DNA of 46,823 bases from Parcubacteria group bacterium. Its GTDB lineage: Bacteria > Patescibacteriota > Minisyncoccia > Phycocordibacterales > UBA2135. The position numbers and the translations under genes were made by a program. The notes beneath the pieces were generated by a model. That model was not told where the DNA came from. It did no database searches and saw only the letters and a list, made by a program, of their open reading frames with translations. Where the stretch lies: contig JACPBB010000002.1 of the NCBI GenBank assembly GCA_016180525.1, positions 1-46,823 on the forward strand, written 5' to 3'. This document shows positions 1-9,429 of the stretch, in pieces (positions within the stretch are counted from its first letter, which is position 1; every line of letters begins with the position of its first letter).

Positions 1-3
1 AGC

Positions 4-35
4 AAAAACTACCCCGCTTAGGCGGGGTAGTTTTT
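4..35. terminator. Bidirectional intrinsic-terminator-like hairpin downstream of the 69..776 gene
   Basis: aaaaactaccccgc-ttag-gcggggtagttttt; positions 4-17 pair perfectly with 22-35; A-run and T-run flanks. Confidence 0.6.
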
Positions 36-64
36 GTATGTCTTTACTTTTGTATGTCTTTACA
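33..64. repeat. 16-nt tandem duplication (tttgtatgtctttacN x2)
   Basis: 33-48 and 49-64 identical at 15/16 positions. Confidence 0.8.
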
Positions 65-68
65 TGAT

Positions 69-776
69 TTATTCGATAGCATCAAGGGCTAATTTAAGCG
101 CTTCATCTCCAGGCACCGCAATAAGACCTTTTTTTAGAATTTCTTTTGCTTTTTCAACATCTTTAAGCACTTCAAGGTAAAAATCTGCCGTTTGCACATA
201 GAGATAGGGTAATTTTGAGTCATTTTCTATGGCTTTAAGATAATTTTTTTCCGCTAAGATTGGATTTCCCAAGTAATAGCCGTATAAAGCGCCTAAGTTA
301 CCAAACGATATAGAGTTATTTGGCCGTATAACGCTTGCGTACTCCCACGCCTGCCGTGCGCCCTCGTAGTCCTCAATTGATTTACGCCTTAATCCAAGAT
401 CAATCCATTCATTAAACAAACTAGCATCTTGCTTAAGAAGCACCACAAGGGCGCTTATTTTACTTATGATTTCGTCTTTTTGTGATGGGTGCGTGGAATC
501 GGGAATTACAATTTGCCTATCTAAATCTGGCACCGGTGTCGTAAGGGCCATTTTCCCATCTTCTGTCGCCGTGGTGTTTTGAGGTACCTCTACGAGCACC
601 CCTTCTGGTATATTTTTTTCCTGCACCTCATCCATATTGGACCCTTCAACTTCGTTCAGTGTAGGCGATTTAGCGATATTGTTTTTAACAGCTACATCGG
701 TATATATAATGTAGCCAACAAAAGATGCTAAAATAAGAACCAAAAAAGCGATATACACGTGCTGTTTTTCCGTCAT
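69..776 (-). CDS. Membrane-anchored TPR-repeat protein
   Basis: Track ORF 69..845 begins at TTG. The first ATG (776) gives MTEKQ followed by a hydrophobic helix (VYIAFLVLILASFVGYIIY). The C-terminal half has TPR-like helices (AWEYASVIRPNN, GNLGALYGY, AEKNYLKAIE). TAA stop. Confidence 0.6.
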   Translation of the reverse strand: MTEKQHVYIAFLVLILASFVGYIIYTDVAVKNNIAKSPTLNEVEGSNMDEVQEKNIPEGVLVEVPQNTTATEDGKMALTTPVPDLDRQIVIPDSTHPSQKDEIISKISALVVLLKQDASLFNEWIDLGLRRKSIEDYEGARQAWEYASVIRPNNSISFGNLGALYGYYLGNPILAEKNYLKAIENDSKLPYLYVQTADFYLEVLKDVEKAKEILKKGLIAVPGDEALKLALDAIE

Positions 777-900
777 GATAAAACTAATTGTAGTATAATT
801 TTTTAGTTTTTGCAATCTGCTAAGAAGATTCAATATCCGTGCCAAGTGTCTTTCCTTGGAGAAAGCTCTGCTAAGGAAAGACCTTTGGTTAATTTATTAA

Positions 901-934
901 ACAAAAAATCCCCTAAAAATAGGGGATTTTTTGT
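901..934 (-). terminator. Intrinsic terminator hairpin after the 1202-aa surface-protein gene
   Basis: acaaaaaatcccct-aaaaat-aggggattttttgt; 14-bp perfect stem. Confidence 0.65.
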
Positions 935-939
935 TAGCC

Positions 940-958
940 CTCCGACAACACGTCGGAG
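940..958 (-). terminator. Second, stop-proximal hairpin after the surface-protein gene
   Basis: ctccgac-aacac-gtcggag, 7-bp stem 19 nt after the TAA at 977. Confidence 0.4.
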
Positions 959-976
959 CACAAGGCGGCTAATTTA

Positions 977-3900
977 TTAGTGAGTGAATACTCGAGTCTG
1001 CATGTCTTGGCCGACAGTCGGGAATCCAGGAAGACCATAGCTGTTCGTCCAGTCAGTCGCATTGTTAGATGCAGCTGCTGCCGTAAGCGTGGTCGTTGAG
1101 TTTGGAGACCAGATGAATCGGTCAGTTGTTGAAGCACTGTTTTCAAGAGCGCTAACACAACCCATGTGCGCAGTCGCATCGTAGAAGCAGCCCGCTTGTA
1201 CACCTGAAGGTTCAGCAGAGTCAGAAAAGAGCTTAATCGCAACGGTTTCAGTGTTGTTCGCGGTAAGCGTTGCAATAGTGCTTGCGCGCAAAACATAGTC
1301 CTTTGAGTTACCTGCCTGAATTATACGGTCTACCGCAGCGTCATCAAATGTAATTCTCAATTTTTCAGCGCCAGCATCTCCCGTAGCTGAAGTTGAGGTT
1401 GAAACACCGGTTGCGTTTACCGCCCCACCTGGACCGAACAACTGAATTCCAGAAATTTCAGCAAGACCAGTTATGCTCACATTGAATGAGAGCGCTCGGA
1501 GCGTAACATCGCGTCCTGAGGCGGCAGTAAGACGAATTTTGTAGAGGTCGCTTCCTGCGGCAAGAGCCGTTGCGGTTGTTACGTCAGAGACGGTAATAAG
1601 GCCACGGTACACTTTTACTGCATTTGCGGCTGTATCACCACTTGAGCCGCTAATCGTTACACCTGAGCCAACACCGGTCGCGTAGTTACCATTAAGACCA
1701 TTGTTGTCTCCATCGTAATCAACTGAGACAACGGCGCCAAATGAACCAACCGCGCTGTTTACATCATGTCCGGTAAGGTCCCCTTTTACGGTAAGGGTAA
1801 CTGAATCACCAGCATTTATTCGCACTGGAGTACTCAAGGTTGAAGTCGCAAGGTCTTGGTTGTCTCCCGCGCCAAGTCCGAACTGTGCTTCACCAACTTT
1901 AGTGGAGCCGTTCCAGATTGACACCTTTTGGTTTAGAAAGTCATTTGGCGTGTTTGAAGCCGTGTTTCCAAGTGCAAGCGCGATTTGCTTGATATCAACA
2001 GATTCATCAGCTGACGCTTCAAAGCGATATTTTGCAAGTGTAACATCCGACGTTCCCGCTTGCACAGCTTTGAATAAGACTGACGTGTCATTTGTAACCG
2101 TGTAAGCACCGTTTGCTGCGGCGGTCATCACTTGACCGTTTGCGTCATTGAATGTTTCAACGATTGTTTCGCCTGAAGTAAGTCCTGTTGCGGCAGTAAA
2201 TGTAGCGGCGCCATCAAGACCCCACCAGTAGAGTGCTGTTACGCTACTCTTAATATCACATTTAAGTGATAGTGTCTTTGAAGTTCCTTTTGCAAGCGTA
2301 ATGCCTGTTCCATCAAAGATGAGACTTGTTGAGGAAGCCGTGTCAGCTGTTGCGGGGTTTTTAACATTTGAGCCAGTCGTCAAAGATACCGCGCCGTCAT
2401 AGAGCTGACAGTTCGTAAGGTCAGTTCGCGTTCCAGTCGTGTCAAAGTAGAGTGGAATTGATGTAACCCTAATGTCTTCACCAGATTGTGATACATCAAA
2501 GATGTACCGAGCGAATTCAAACTGGCTTGCTCCGGCAATGACCGTTCGCGCTGTCGGCTGTGCTGAGACAGAAACCGTAAACGCACCGGCTTTTACCGTC
2601 TGCGTTGAACCGGTTACCGCTGAAGCTGGAGCGGGTGTAATGGTGTTACCAGTTACCTGTCCTGTCACCGTTCCAAAGTCAGAGCTTGGCGTCGTTGAAG
2701 CAACGACCGTGTCGTTGTTCGCGAAATCAGTTCCAAGTTTCGCTTTGAGAATGACATTCGTGATACCAATCGGAAATGTAATTGAGTCAGTGAGTGTAAT
2801 CGAGCCTGATTTATCCGTTGCGCCGGAGCCGTCTGCAGGTCCTGCAAGAACGGTACCGTTTGAATCAACAACAATGAGATTGGTAAGGTCAGCAAGACCG
2901 ATTGTCGTTCCTGCGTTGTCGGTTAATGTAAAGTTAAACGCCAACTGTGAAACCGAAACGGGTTCACCCTTTACATCAAAGGTAAATCCTGCAATCGGCT
3001 GGTCTGAAAGGTTGATCGCAATGTTTTGCGCAGGTACTCCTGCCGTCCACGATGAGACGTTCATCGTACCATTTGAGACGGTAACTTGTGCCGCATCATA
3101 ATACGGGTTGTTTGTTGTTTTGAATGCAGCAGAATCAGCGGTCGTGTTGGTCCCAAATGGGGGTGTAAGGCCAAATCCATAGAGATTCCCCACAATGTGA
3201 ACATCTGTTCTTCGCTCAATGTCAAAGTCAACGGTTCTGTTTGAGCCGCCGATGACATCTCCGCGAATACTGATGTCTTTTGAGAATCCTTTCTTAATTT
3301 CAATTCCATTGCTCGGGAAGATGGTTGTGTAATATCTGCCGTTTGCGACAGCGTCATATTCAACGCCATCAACGATTGTTTTGACTTTTGCAAGGTCATC
3401 TGCCGTTGCTGAGCCAGACTGATACCATCTAATTGACTTCAAAGTAAGGTCTTCAGCAGAACCTGCCGTAAATTTCGTGCCAGAGAAGTAGTATCCGGTT
3501 GTGCCAACTTCTTTGGTCTGGTCTGCGCCAGGGTCAAGAGAGCCCCGCGCGACAGTTGAAATTGAACCAATCGCAAGAGAGTTGTTCACAGTGTGCGTAG
3601 CGCCAGTAATCGGGAATGTACCATGAACCGTTGCCGAAGTGTTTACCGACATAACCGCAAGTGATGGGACTTCGCCTGATTCACCGCCAAGGTTTGCGGC
3701 GGTATCCATGTTCGCGCCAACGATAACTGTTTTTGTCGTTCCGGCTGGAATTACAAAGTCAGTTCCAATAGTAACTTGGTGGTTTGAATTTAAAGTCTTT
3801 TCAATACCGATAAGTGTGCCATCTTCATTCATAAGCACAATGCCGACGAATGAAGTGTCAGCCGCAAGTCCCTGTCGTTCTACGACAAGACTGTTTACGG

Positions 3901-4585
3901 TGACTGCACCATCAGCGCTCGCGGTTAAGTTTACTTTCGTAAACGGAACCCGCGAAGCTCCTCCTGGAGCCAATGAATTTGATGGCTGTACCGAGTGTTT
4001 GCTTACCGTAAGACCGCTACCGATCGGCGTGACAACAACAGGTGCTGGAGCTCCCGGAGTTGCCGGAGTTGTTGCTACCGCCCCAGTTGAGCAGAGTGCG
4101 TTTGCTTTCACTCGGGATGACGCGCCGAAATATCCCGTTCCCGCGGAAAGTCCGACAGGGGTGAGAACTTCAGATGCGTATTTGTTCTGGAACTTTGCGA
4201 CAGCCGCTTTTGTTGCCGGACCAAATGTTGAGGTCTCATTTCCTGGAGAACCTGCTCCACTTGATGCAACAAGAGTTGCTGAATCAGAGTTCAAGAATTT
4301 TTGAAGCTTCATGACATCATCTCCTGTTGAGCCGGTCGTCAAGTTGCGAGACCATGTGTATGGACACGCGCTTGAGCCAGTCGCCGCGCCTCCCGAGAGA
4401 GTTGCGAGCTGTGCCTGAAGAGCAGAGATTGTCTGCAAGAGGCTCTGGATTTGTGCCGTGAGAGATTCAACGGTTTGTGCCGCTGCCGTGCTCGGAAGAG
4501 CGGTCGCGAAGACCATTCCCAAGAGCATGAGCGCAACAACAAAACCGACGATTTTGACAGTTTTAGAAGTAATAATGTTACTCAT
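977..4585 (-). CDS. Large secreted/anchored cell-surface protein: signal anchor, short coiled coil, PG_binding_1-like domain, then repeated beta-sandwich-like modules (S-layer/adhesin-like)
   Basis: ATG at 4585. N-terminal helix VGFVVALMLLGMVFATAL. ESLTAQIQSLLQTISALQAQLATL. PG-binding-type GSTGDDVMKLQKFLN...FGPATKAAVAKFQNKY. Remainder is T/S/G/A/V-rich with recurring module starts. Spot G+C 31/60 at 1021-1080. Confidence 0.8.
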   Translation of the reverse strand: MSNIITSKTVKIVGFVVALMLLGMVFATALPSTAAAQTVESLTAQIQSLLQTISALQAQLATLSGGAATGSSACPYTWSRNLTTGSTGDDVMKLQKFLNSDSATLVASSGAGSPGNETSTFGPATKAAVAKFQNKYASEVLTPVGLSAGTGYFGASSRVKANALCSTGAVATTPATPGAPAPVVVTPIGSGLTVSKHSVQPSNSLAPGGASRVPFTKVNLTASADGAVTVNSLVVERQGLAADTSFVGIVLMNEDGTLIGIEKTLNSNHQVTIGTDFVIPAGTTKTVIVGANMDTAANLGGESGEVPSLAVMSVNTSATVHGTFPITGATHTVNNSLAIGSISTVARGSLDPGADQTKEVGTTGYYFSGTKFTAGSAEDLTLKSIRWYQSGSATADDLAKVKTIVDGVEYDAVANGRYYTTIFPSNGIEIKKGFSKDISIRGDVIGGSNRTVDFDIERRTDVHIVGNLYGFGLTPPFGTNTTADSAAFKTTNNPYYDAAQVTVSNGTMNVSSWTAGVPAQNIAINLSDQPIAGFTFDVKGEPVSVSQLAFNFTLTDNAGTTIGLADLTNLIVVDSNGTVLAGPADGSGATDKSGSITLTDSITFPIGITNVILKAKLGTDFANNDTVVASTTPSSDFGTVTGQVTGNTITPAPASAVTGSTQTVKAGAFTVSVSAQPTARTVIAGASQFEFARYIFDVSQSGEDIRVTSIPLYFDTTGTRTDLTNCQLYDGAVSLTTGSNVKNPATADTASSTSLIFDGTGITLAKGTSKTLSLKCDIKSSVTALYWWGLDGAATFTAATGLTSGETIVETFNDANGQVMTAAANGAYTVTNDTSVLFKAVQAGTSDVTLAKYRFEASADESVDIKQIALALGNTASNTPNDFLNQKVSIWNGSTKVGEAQFGLGAGDNQDLATSTLSTPVRINAGDSVTLTVKGDLTGHDVNSAVGSFGAVVSVDYDGDNNGLNGNYATGVGSGVTISGSSGDTAANAVKVYRGLITVSDVTTATALAAGSDLYKIRLTAASGRDVTLRALSFNVSITGLAEISGIQLFGPGGAVNATGVSTSTSATGDAGAEKLRITFDDAAVDRIIQAGNSKDYVLRASTIATLTANNTETVAIKLFSDSAEPSGVQAGCFYDATAHMGCVSALENSASTTDRFIWSPNSTTTLTAAAASNNATDWTNSYGLPGFPTVGQDMQTRVFTH

Positions 4586-5602
4586 AGTTTAAGTTGTAAA
4601 TGTTTCGTCAATTGGCGAAACATTTTTTGTTAGTTATGTTACTGATTAAAATTAACTGATAATTTTTTGTGCCGACGAGCAATTTCAGCGCTCGCGGCAT
4701 TTTGTTAACAAGGTGTATTGTTGGGTGAATAATACGCTTGTACTATATTTAATTTTTGATCTGTAGATTTTGCAGTGCGACCGAAAATATTCCGGCGCGC
4801 ATTGCATCTAGTAAATCTAAGTTACTCGACCTTCGTTTCACAATCTAATGTTGTGGGTGCTTTTTACAGCACCTCGACCTAATTATTCTGTGTAGAAATC
4901 AAATTAAAATATTCGTTTCAATAATTTCTTTCACTTCAGTATCAATATTATATTGTCAAAGGGCCCGCATTCATTCAGAAAATTCTTCCGTGACGCGCTT
5001 TATAATTCTCCATATCCTTATACAGATACAGAAAAAGCACGCATAATTTCACCCATTTCTCTCCTGCATACTATTATAATATGTATGCGAGAGTACTGTA
5101 AATGAAATTGTGGATAACTTCAGTATTTTAAGGGGTGTGTCAAGAATATAGGATAAAACATTATCTTATATAGCTTGTCAACAAAAACCGTATTTCAGAA
5201 AATTCGGATACAACTAGTGAAACATCCTACACCAAAAAGAGCAAAAAGTTACTTGAAAAGTGCACCATTTGTGGTGTGGTGTGCTTAGATAACCCACGTT
5301 TCTTCATTCATTGGCGTTAGTTTTTAGAGTTGCCACACCTTCAATATTGAGACATCAGAGACACCAAACACAGGATGTCAGACACCCGAGATTGTTTGAA
5401 ATATTCAATCCACTAAAGGAAAGACATTAAGCTAAACACTTTTCAATGCCGCAAGACGTTAAACCTGTCGATCTTGATGAATACATACACCCTACACAAA
5501 AAACACAGGGTATTAAATATCGGGTAAGAGAGCATTATCGTTTCTCCCACATCACCAATCGGTGTTTCAAAGTTGCGAACATCGAATGTCTAGAGTTTAG
5601 TG
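4586..5602. other. About 1.0 kb of AT-rich non-coding DNA upstream of the surface-protein gene (presumed promoter plus long leader)
   Basis: No credible ORF. The only track ORF (5446..5772 +) overlaps the convergent gene end. Near-perfect palindrome 5066..5088 has TATAAT on both strands. Confidence 0.5.
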
Positions 5603-6505
5603 TTAATTTATGGAGAGCGCATATTTACTCCAACGCCGCTCGCCTGTTTTGCGTACAATGCCTTGCTCAACGAGAGAGAGAAGTTCACGCTGAATGGTTT
5701 TTTCACTGCAACCAGAGACAACTTCTGATATGTCTTTTATGCTCACTTCGCCACGCGATTTTAAAAGTTTAAATATAACGTCTTGCCGCATTCCTTTTTT
5801 GCCTATCATCAAACCGGGTTTGCTTTCAATCCTTCGACCTTGCTCAGGATTAACCCTGAGTTTATCGAATGGGTCAACAATATTTTGATTACTGCGTTCT
5901 GTTGTTTCCGCAGGTATTTTTTCTTGTCCATTTTGTATGACACTATTTTCTGTCTTTTTAACTTCCCCTGTATTATTTTTATTTTGTCCTTGAAGATACG
6001 TCGGTAACCGTTTTTCCCTTGATGACAGATTCGTTTTTAATTCAAAAAAATCTTGCGGAAGCATGATTCCATCAACTGACTGCCGCATTTTAAGACGGTC
6101 TTCAAGTGTTTCATACAAGCTTGTATATTCATCTCTTAAAATCGCATAATTCATTTGAGAAATAAATTTTACAGAAACTCCAAAGCGCAATAACGATAAA
6201 ATTTCCGACAACAGGGGTAGGGCAACACCGACAGCTTCCTCCTTGTGGAGAGCGATCTTGATTCCCTTAAAGGAATTTATAAAGGACAAAAATTTCATTG
6301 CGCTATGACGCATTTCCCACTTATATGGCTCTTTGTCCTTTATGAAATCGGTAATTAAATACAGGGCCGTTGTGATTTTTTCAGTTTTTTGGCTTACAAA
6401 TAAAGCGTGCTGGTCTGTTGTTTCCATTTCAAACCTTGACAACGACTTTTCGCTGCCATTCGCTCCAATACTAGTGTCCTTTTTGTGTCCTTCATCTAAA
6501 AACAT
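5603..6505 (-). CDS. Putative transcriptional regulator with C-terminal winged-HTH (DeoR-like) domain
   Basis: C-terminus QDVIFKLLKSRGEVSIKDISEVVSGCSEKTIQRELLSLVEQGIVRKTGERRWSKY. ATG at 6505. TAA stop. Confidence 0.55.
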   Translation of the reverse strand: MFLDEGHKKDTSIGANGSEKSLSRFEMETTDQHALFVSQKTEKITTALYLITDFIKDKEPYKWEMRHSAMKFLSFINSFKGIKIALHKEEAVGVALPLLSEILSLLRFGVSVKFISQMNYAILRDEYTSLYETLEDRLKMRQSVDGIMLPQDFFELKTNLSSREKRLPTYLQGQNKNNTGEVKKTENSVIQNGQEKIPAETTERSNQNIVDPFDKLRVNPEQGRRIESKPGLMIGKKGMRQDVIFKLLKSRGEVSIKDISEVVSGCSEKTIQRELLSLVEQGIVRKTGERRWSKYALSIN

Positions 6506-6603
6506 ATGGATTTTTATGAAAATAAAACAGGTCTTTTAATTTTTAAAATGTCGAATAGATCAATTATATATAAAGTTTTTTTTATGCATACTTTACAGCA
6601 ACG

Positions 6604-6624
6604 AGGTTATAGGTTATAGGTTGT
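6604..6624. repeat. Heptamer array AGGTTRT x3 in the ftsK leader
   Basis: aggttat aggttat aggttgt; partial inverse copies acctaag (6645..6651) and acctaat (6667..6673). Confidence 0.7.
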
Positions 6625-6708
6625 GAATCATGGGCATTTCTCATACCTAAGAGCTAACACATGGAAACCTAATAAAAAATAGGAACGGTATGTTATTATT
6701 ACATAATC

Positions 6709-8991
6709 ATGGGAAAAAAGATTAAAAATGGCGGGCGCGGACGCCTTCAGAATCTCTTTTTTTTATCAGAATTAAAAGACGAAACGAAACGATGGATAGT
6801 ATCCATACTTTCATTCCTTCTAACACTCTTCTTCCTTATCGCGTACGCTGATGCCGCCGGGGTAGTAGGAGTTTTTATAAAAAAAATATTTACTAATTTA
6901 TTCGGATTTGGATATTTTTTGTTTCCCTTTCTTTTGGCAGGATTCGGCGCAATGCTCCTTATGACAGAGAGGCCGCGATTTGTGGCAACAACACTTATTG
7001 GGGGCGGACTTTCTGCCGTTTCGGTACTTGCGCTTCTCAGTATCATAAACACTCTTTGGGGCGGGACAGTCGGATTATATTTGGCGTCTCCTTTTATTGT
7101 TTTGTTTGACGTGTTCGCCGCAAAAATTATTTTATTTGGAATTATGCTTGTTTCCCTTCTTATTTTTTTTGACGCGACTCCCGCAAAAACAATAGCGCTT
7201 ATCTCCTCATTTTTTGTAAAACTAAAAGGGAAATTCGGCAGAAAAAAATCCGATACCGATGTTTATTCTCAAGATGACATTGATGAGACAAGTGCGGAGA
7301 CTGAAACACCGAAAGAAGTTGACGAGGAGCCTGCGACAGAAAGCAAGACAGAAGACGCGGAGGTAACCATTGCGTCCCGTATTGCTCAAAAAATAAAAGG
7401 TGCGGACAAAAATAAAAACGCATTCAAACCCTTGAATTTTTTTAATTCAAAAAAATATAATCCCCCGCCTCTGTCGCTGCTTGAAGAGGATAAAGGAAAG
7501 CCCGGAGTGGGCGACATAAAAGCGAACGCGAATATCATCAAAAGAACGCTTCAAAATTTTGGTATCAGCGTTGAAATGGACGAAGTTTCTGTCGGGCCGT
7601 CATTTACTCGCTACGCCTTAAAGCCGGCCCAGGGTATAAAGCTTGCCCGTATTGTGGGACTTCAAAACGACCTCTCGCTTGCACTTGCCGCGCATCCCCT
7701 GCGTATTGAAGCCCCTATCCCCGGACGCTCTCTTGTCGGAGTAGAAATACCAAACAGCAAAAAAACAACAGTTGGCCTTGGCTCTTTGCTTCTCGCTCCG
7801 CAAATGAAGGCTGCGGAAGTTCCTCTTGCATTTCCGGTCGGAAGAAACATCGCGGGAGACGCGGTCGTCGGTAACTTGAATAAAATGCCGCACCTTCTTA
7901 TCGCGGGCGCAACTGGCTCAGGAAAATCGGTTACCATTCACACAATCATTACTTCTCTCTTATATCGCAATTCTCCGGCACATCTCCGACTTATTATGGT
8001 TGACCCGAAGCGAGTTGAATTAACGTTGTATAATAGCATTCCTCATCTTTTGACGCCCGTTATCACAGAGCCCAAAAAGGCAATTCTTGCCTTAAAGTGG
8101 GCGGCAAAAGAAATGGACCGGCGCTATGATATTTTAGAAACTGAAGCAGTGCGCGATATTGAGTCATATCATAAAAATATCGTGGAGCCCGCGTATAAAA
8201 ATAGTAGCGAAACGGCGATGAAAGAAAATGTGCCTTCCCCTGAATTATTGCCTTACATAGTAATCGTCATTGACGAGCTTGCGGATATTATGAGCACCTA
8301 TCCTAGAGAATTGGAGTCGGCAATCGTGCGTATCGCACAGATGTCCCGCGCTGTCGGCATTCACCTTGTTCTTTCCACGCAGCGACCGCAAGTAAACATC
8401 ATAACGGGTCTTATCAAAGCAAATATTCCGGCGCGCATTGCGCTCCAGGTATCGTCACAGACAGATTCAAGAACCATTCTTGATATGGGTGGTGCAGAGA
8501 AACTCCTCGGAGCCGGAGATATGTTGTTTCTTTCGGGAGATATGGGAAAGCCCGCCAGACTCCAGTCTGCTTATATTGGCGAGCCAGAAATTAAAAAGGT
8601 CGTAAAATTCCTCTCTTCCCAATACTCAGAAGATGAATTCGGCATTGATTTAAACTTAAGCTCTCCGAATAAAGACGCCTTATTTGAAGCAACTATTGAT
8701 GATGATCTCCAAAACGGAGACGATGATGACCTCTACGAAGAGGCGCGTGATATTGTTGTGCGGAGTAAAAAGGCGTCAACCACATTTCTGCAACGAAAAT
8801 TAAAAATTGGCTACGCGAGAGCCGCCCGTATTATGGATATACTGGAAGAGCGCGGGGTAATTGGTCCCGGAGAAGGCGCAAAACCCCGCGAAATTCTCGT
8901 TTCAGCAGAAGGTTTCGGAGAGATGCCGACAGAGGAGACAGAGGAGGACGATTACGAAGAAGAAACCGGGGAGACTAAAGAGAGAACATAA
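6709..8991 (+). CDS. ftsK: DNA translocase FtsK/SpoIIIE
   Basis: N-terminal TM helices, acidic linker, Walker A GATGSGKS, Walker B IVIVIDELAD, C-terminal gamma wHTH FLQRKLKIGYARAARIMDILEERGVI. Confidence 0.95.
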   Translation: MGKKIKNGGRGRLQNLFFLSELKDETKRWIVSILSFLLTLFFLIAYADAAGVVGVFIKKIFTNLFGFGYFLFPFLLAGFGAMLLMTERPRFVATTLIGGGLSAVSVLALLSIINTLWGGTVGLYLASPFIVLFDVFAAKIILFGIMLVSLLIFFDATPAKTIALISSFFVKLKGKFGRKKSDTDVYSQDDIDETSAETETPKEVDEEPATESKTEDAEVTIASRIAQKIKGADKNKNAFKPLNFFNSKKYNPPPLSLLEEDKGKPGVGDIKANANIIKRTLQNFGISVEMDEVSVGPSFTRYALKPAQGIKLARIVGLQNDLSLALAAHPLRIEAPIPGRSLVGVEIPNSKKTTVGLGSLLLAPQMKAAEVPLAFPVGRNIAGDAVVGNLNKMPHLLIAGATGSGKSVTIHTIITSLLYRNSPAHLRLIMVDPKRVELTLYNSIPHLLTPVITEPKKAILALKWAAKEMDRRYDILETEAVRDIESYHKNIVEPAYKNSSETAMKENVPSPELLPYIVIVIDELADIMSTYPRELESAIVRIAQMSRAVGIHLVLSTQRPQVNIITGLIKANIPARIALQVSSQTDSRTILDMGGAEKLLGAGDMLFLSGDMGKPARLQSAYIGEPEIKKVVKFLSSQYSEDEFGIDLNLSSPNKDALFEATIDDDLQNGDDDDLYEEARDIVVRSKKASTTFLQRKLKIGYARAARIMDILEERGVIGPGEGAKPREILVSAEGFGEMPTEETEEDDYEEETGETKERT

Positions 8992-8993
8992 GC

Positions 8994-9344
8994 ATGCCTC
9001 GTCAAAAAATTACATCAGGCATTAAATTAGTCGTCGCGACAATTGTGCTGCTTTTAATACTTGGTTATGCTTATGCAAGAGTAGAATCATTTCTTCGCGG
9101 ACCTCGGATAATAGTGACGAGTCCACAGGACGGAGAGGCTATTCCCCTTTCGTCTTATTTTATTACCGCAGAGATAGAAAGAGCCGCGCACATTACACTA
9201 AATGGGCGGCAAGTCTACACCGATGAGTCCGGAGAGTTGCGCGAAGAAGTATTTTTTGCAGAGGGTTTAAATGTTTTTGAACTTGCAGCAAAAGATCGTT
9301 TTGGGAGAATAACAAAAAAAGTTTTAACAGTGATTTATAAATAA
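8994..9344 (+). CDS. Small signal-anchored hypothetical protein, translationally coupled to ftsK
   Basis: ATG 2 nt after the ftsK TAA. One N-terminal helix (LVVATIVLLLILGYAYA) followed by a beta-rich ~85 aa. Confidence 0.6.
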   Translation: MPRQKITSGIKLVVATIVLLLILGYAYARVESFLRGPRIIVTSPQDGEAIPLSSYFITAEIERAAHITLNGRQVYTDESGELREEVFFAEGLNVFELAAKDRFGRITKKVLTVIYK

Positions 9345-9350
9345 ATAACT

Positions 9351-9427
9351 AAAGGCACTAGGCGTTAGGCATTAGGAAAATAAATTCTTCTCCTAATGCC
9401 TAAGGCCTAATTTCCTAAAGCCTAAAA
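9351..9427 (+). repeat. Inverted heptamer arrays (NNAGGNN x4 / CCTAANN x5) forming a long imperfect hairpin immediately upstream of recA
   Basis: aaaggca ctaggcg ttaggca ttaggaa ... cctaatg cctaagg cctaatt (t) cctaaag cctaaaa. Positions 9357-9377 pair with 9391-9411 with 2 mismatches. recA ATG at 9430 has no Shine-Dalgarno. Confidence 0.75.
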
Positions 9428-9429
9428 AT

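Noticed and set aside
934-4633. Many track ORFs overlapping or antisense to the 1202-aa gene (e.g. 2472..3101 +, 3639..4304 +, 3061..3399 -, 934..1296 -)
   Set aside because: All are nested in or opposite to one long ORF that has clear signal, PG-binding and repeat-module features. Their translations are low-complexity (Ser/Pro/Arg/Thr-rich) with no motifs. Long antisense ORFs are expected in locally G+C-rich, stop-poor DNA.
5446-5772. 108-aa plus-strand ORF at the edge of the 1-kb non-coding region
   Set aside because: Its 3' half overlaps the conserved winged-HTH C-terminus of the convergent 5603..6505 gene. It has no SD, and its composition is Cys/His/Arg-rich and atypical.
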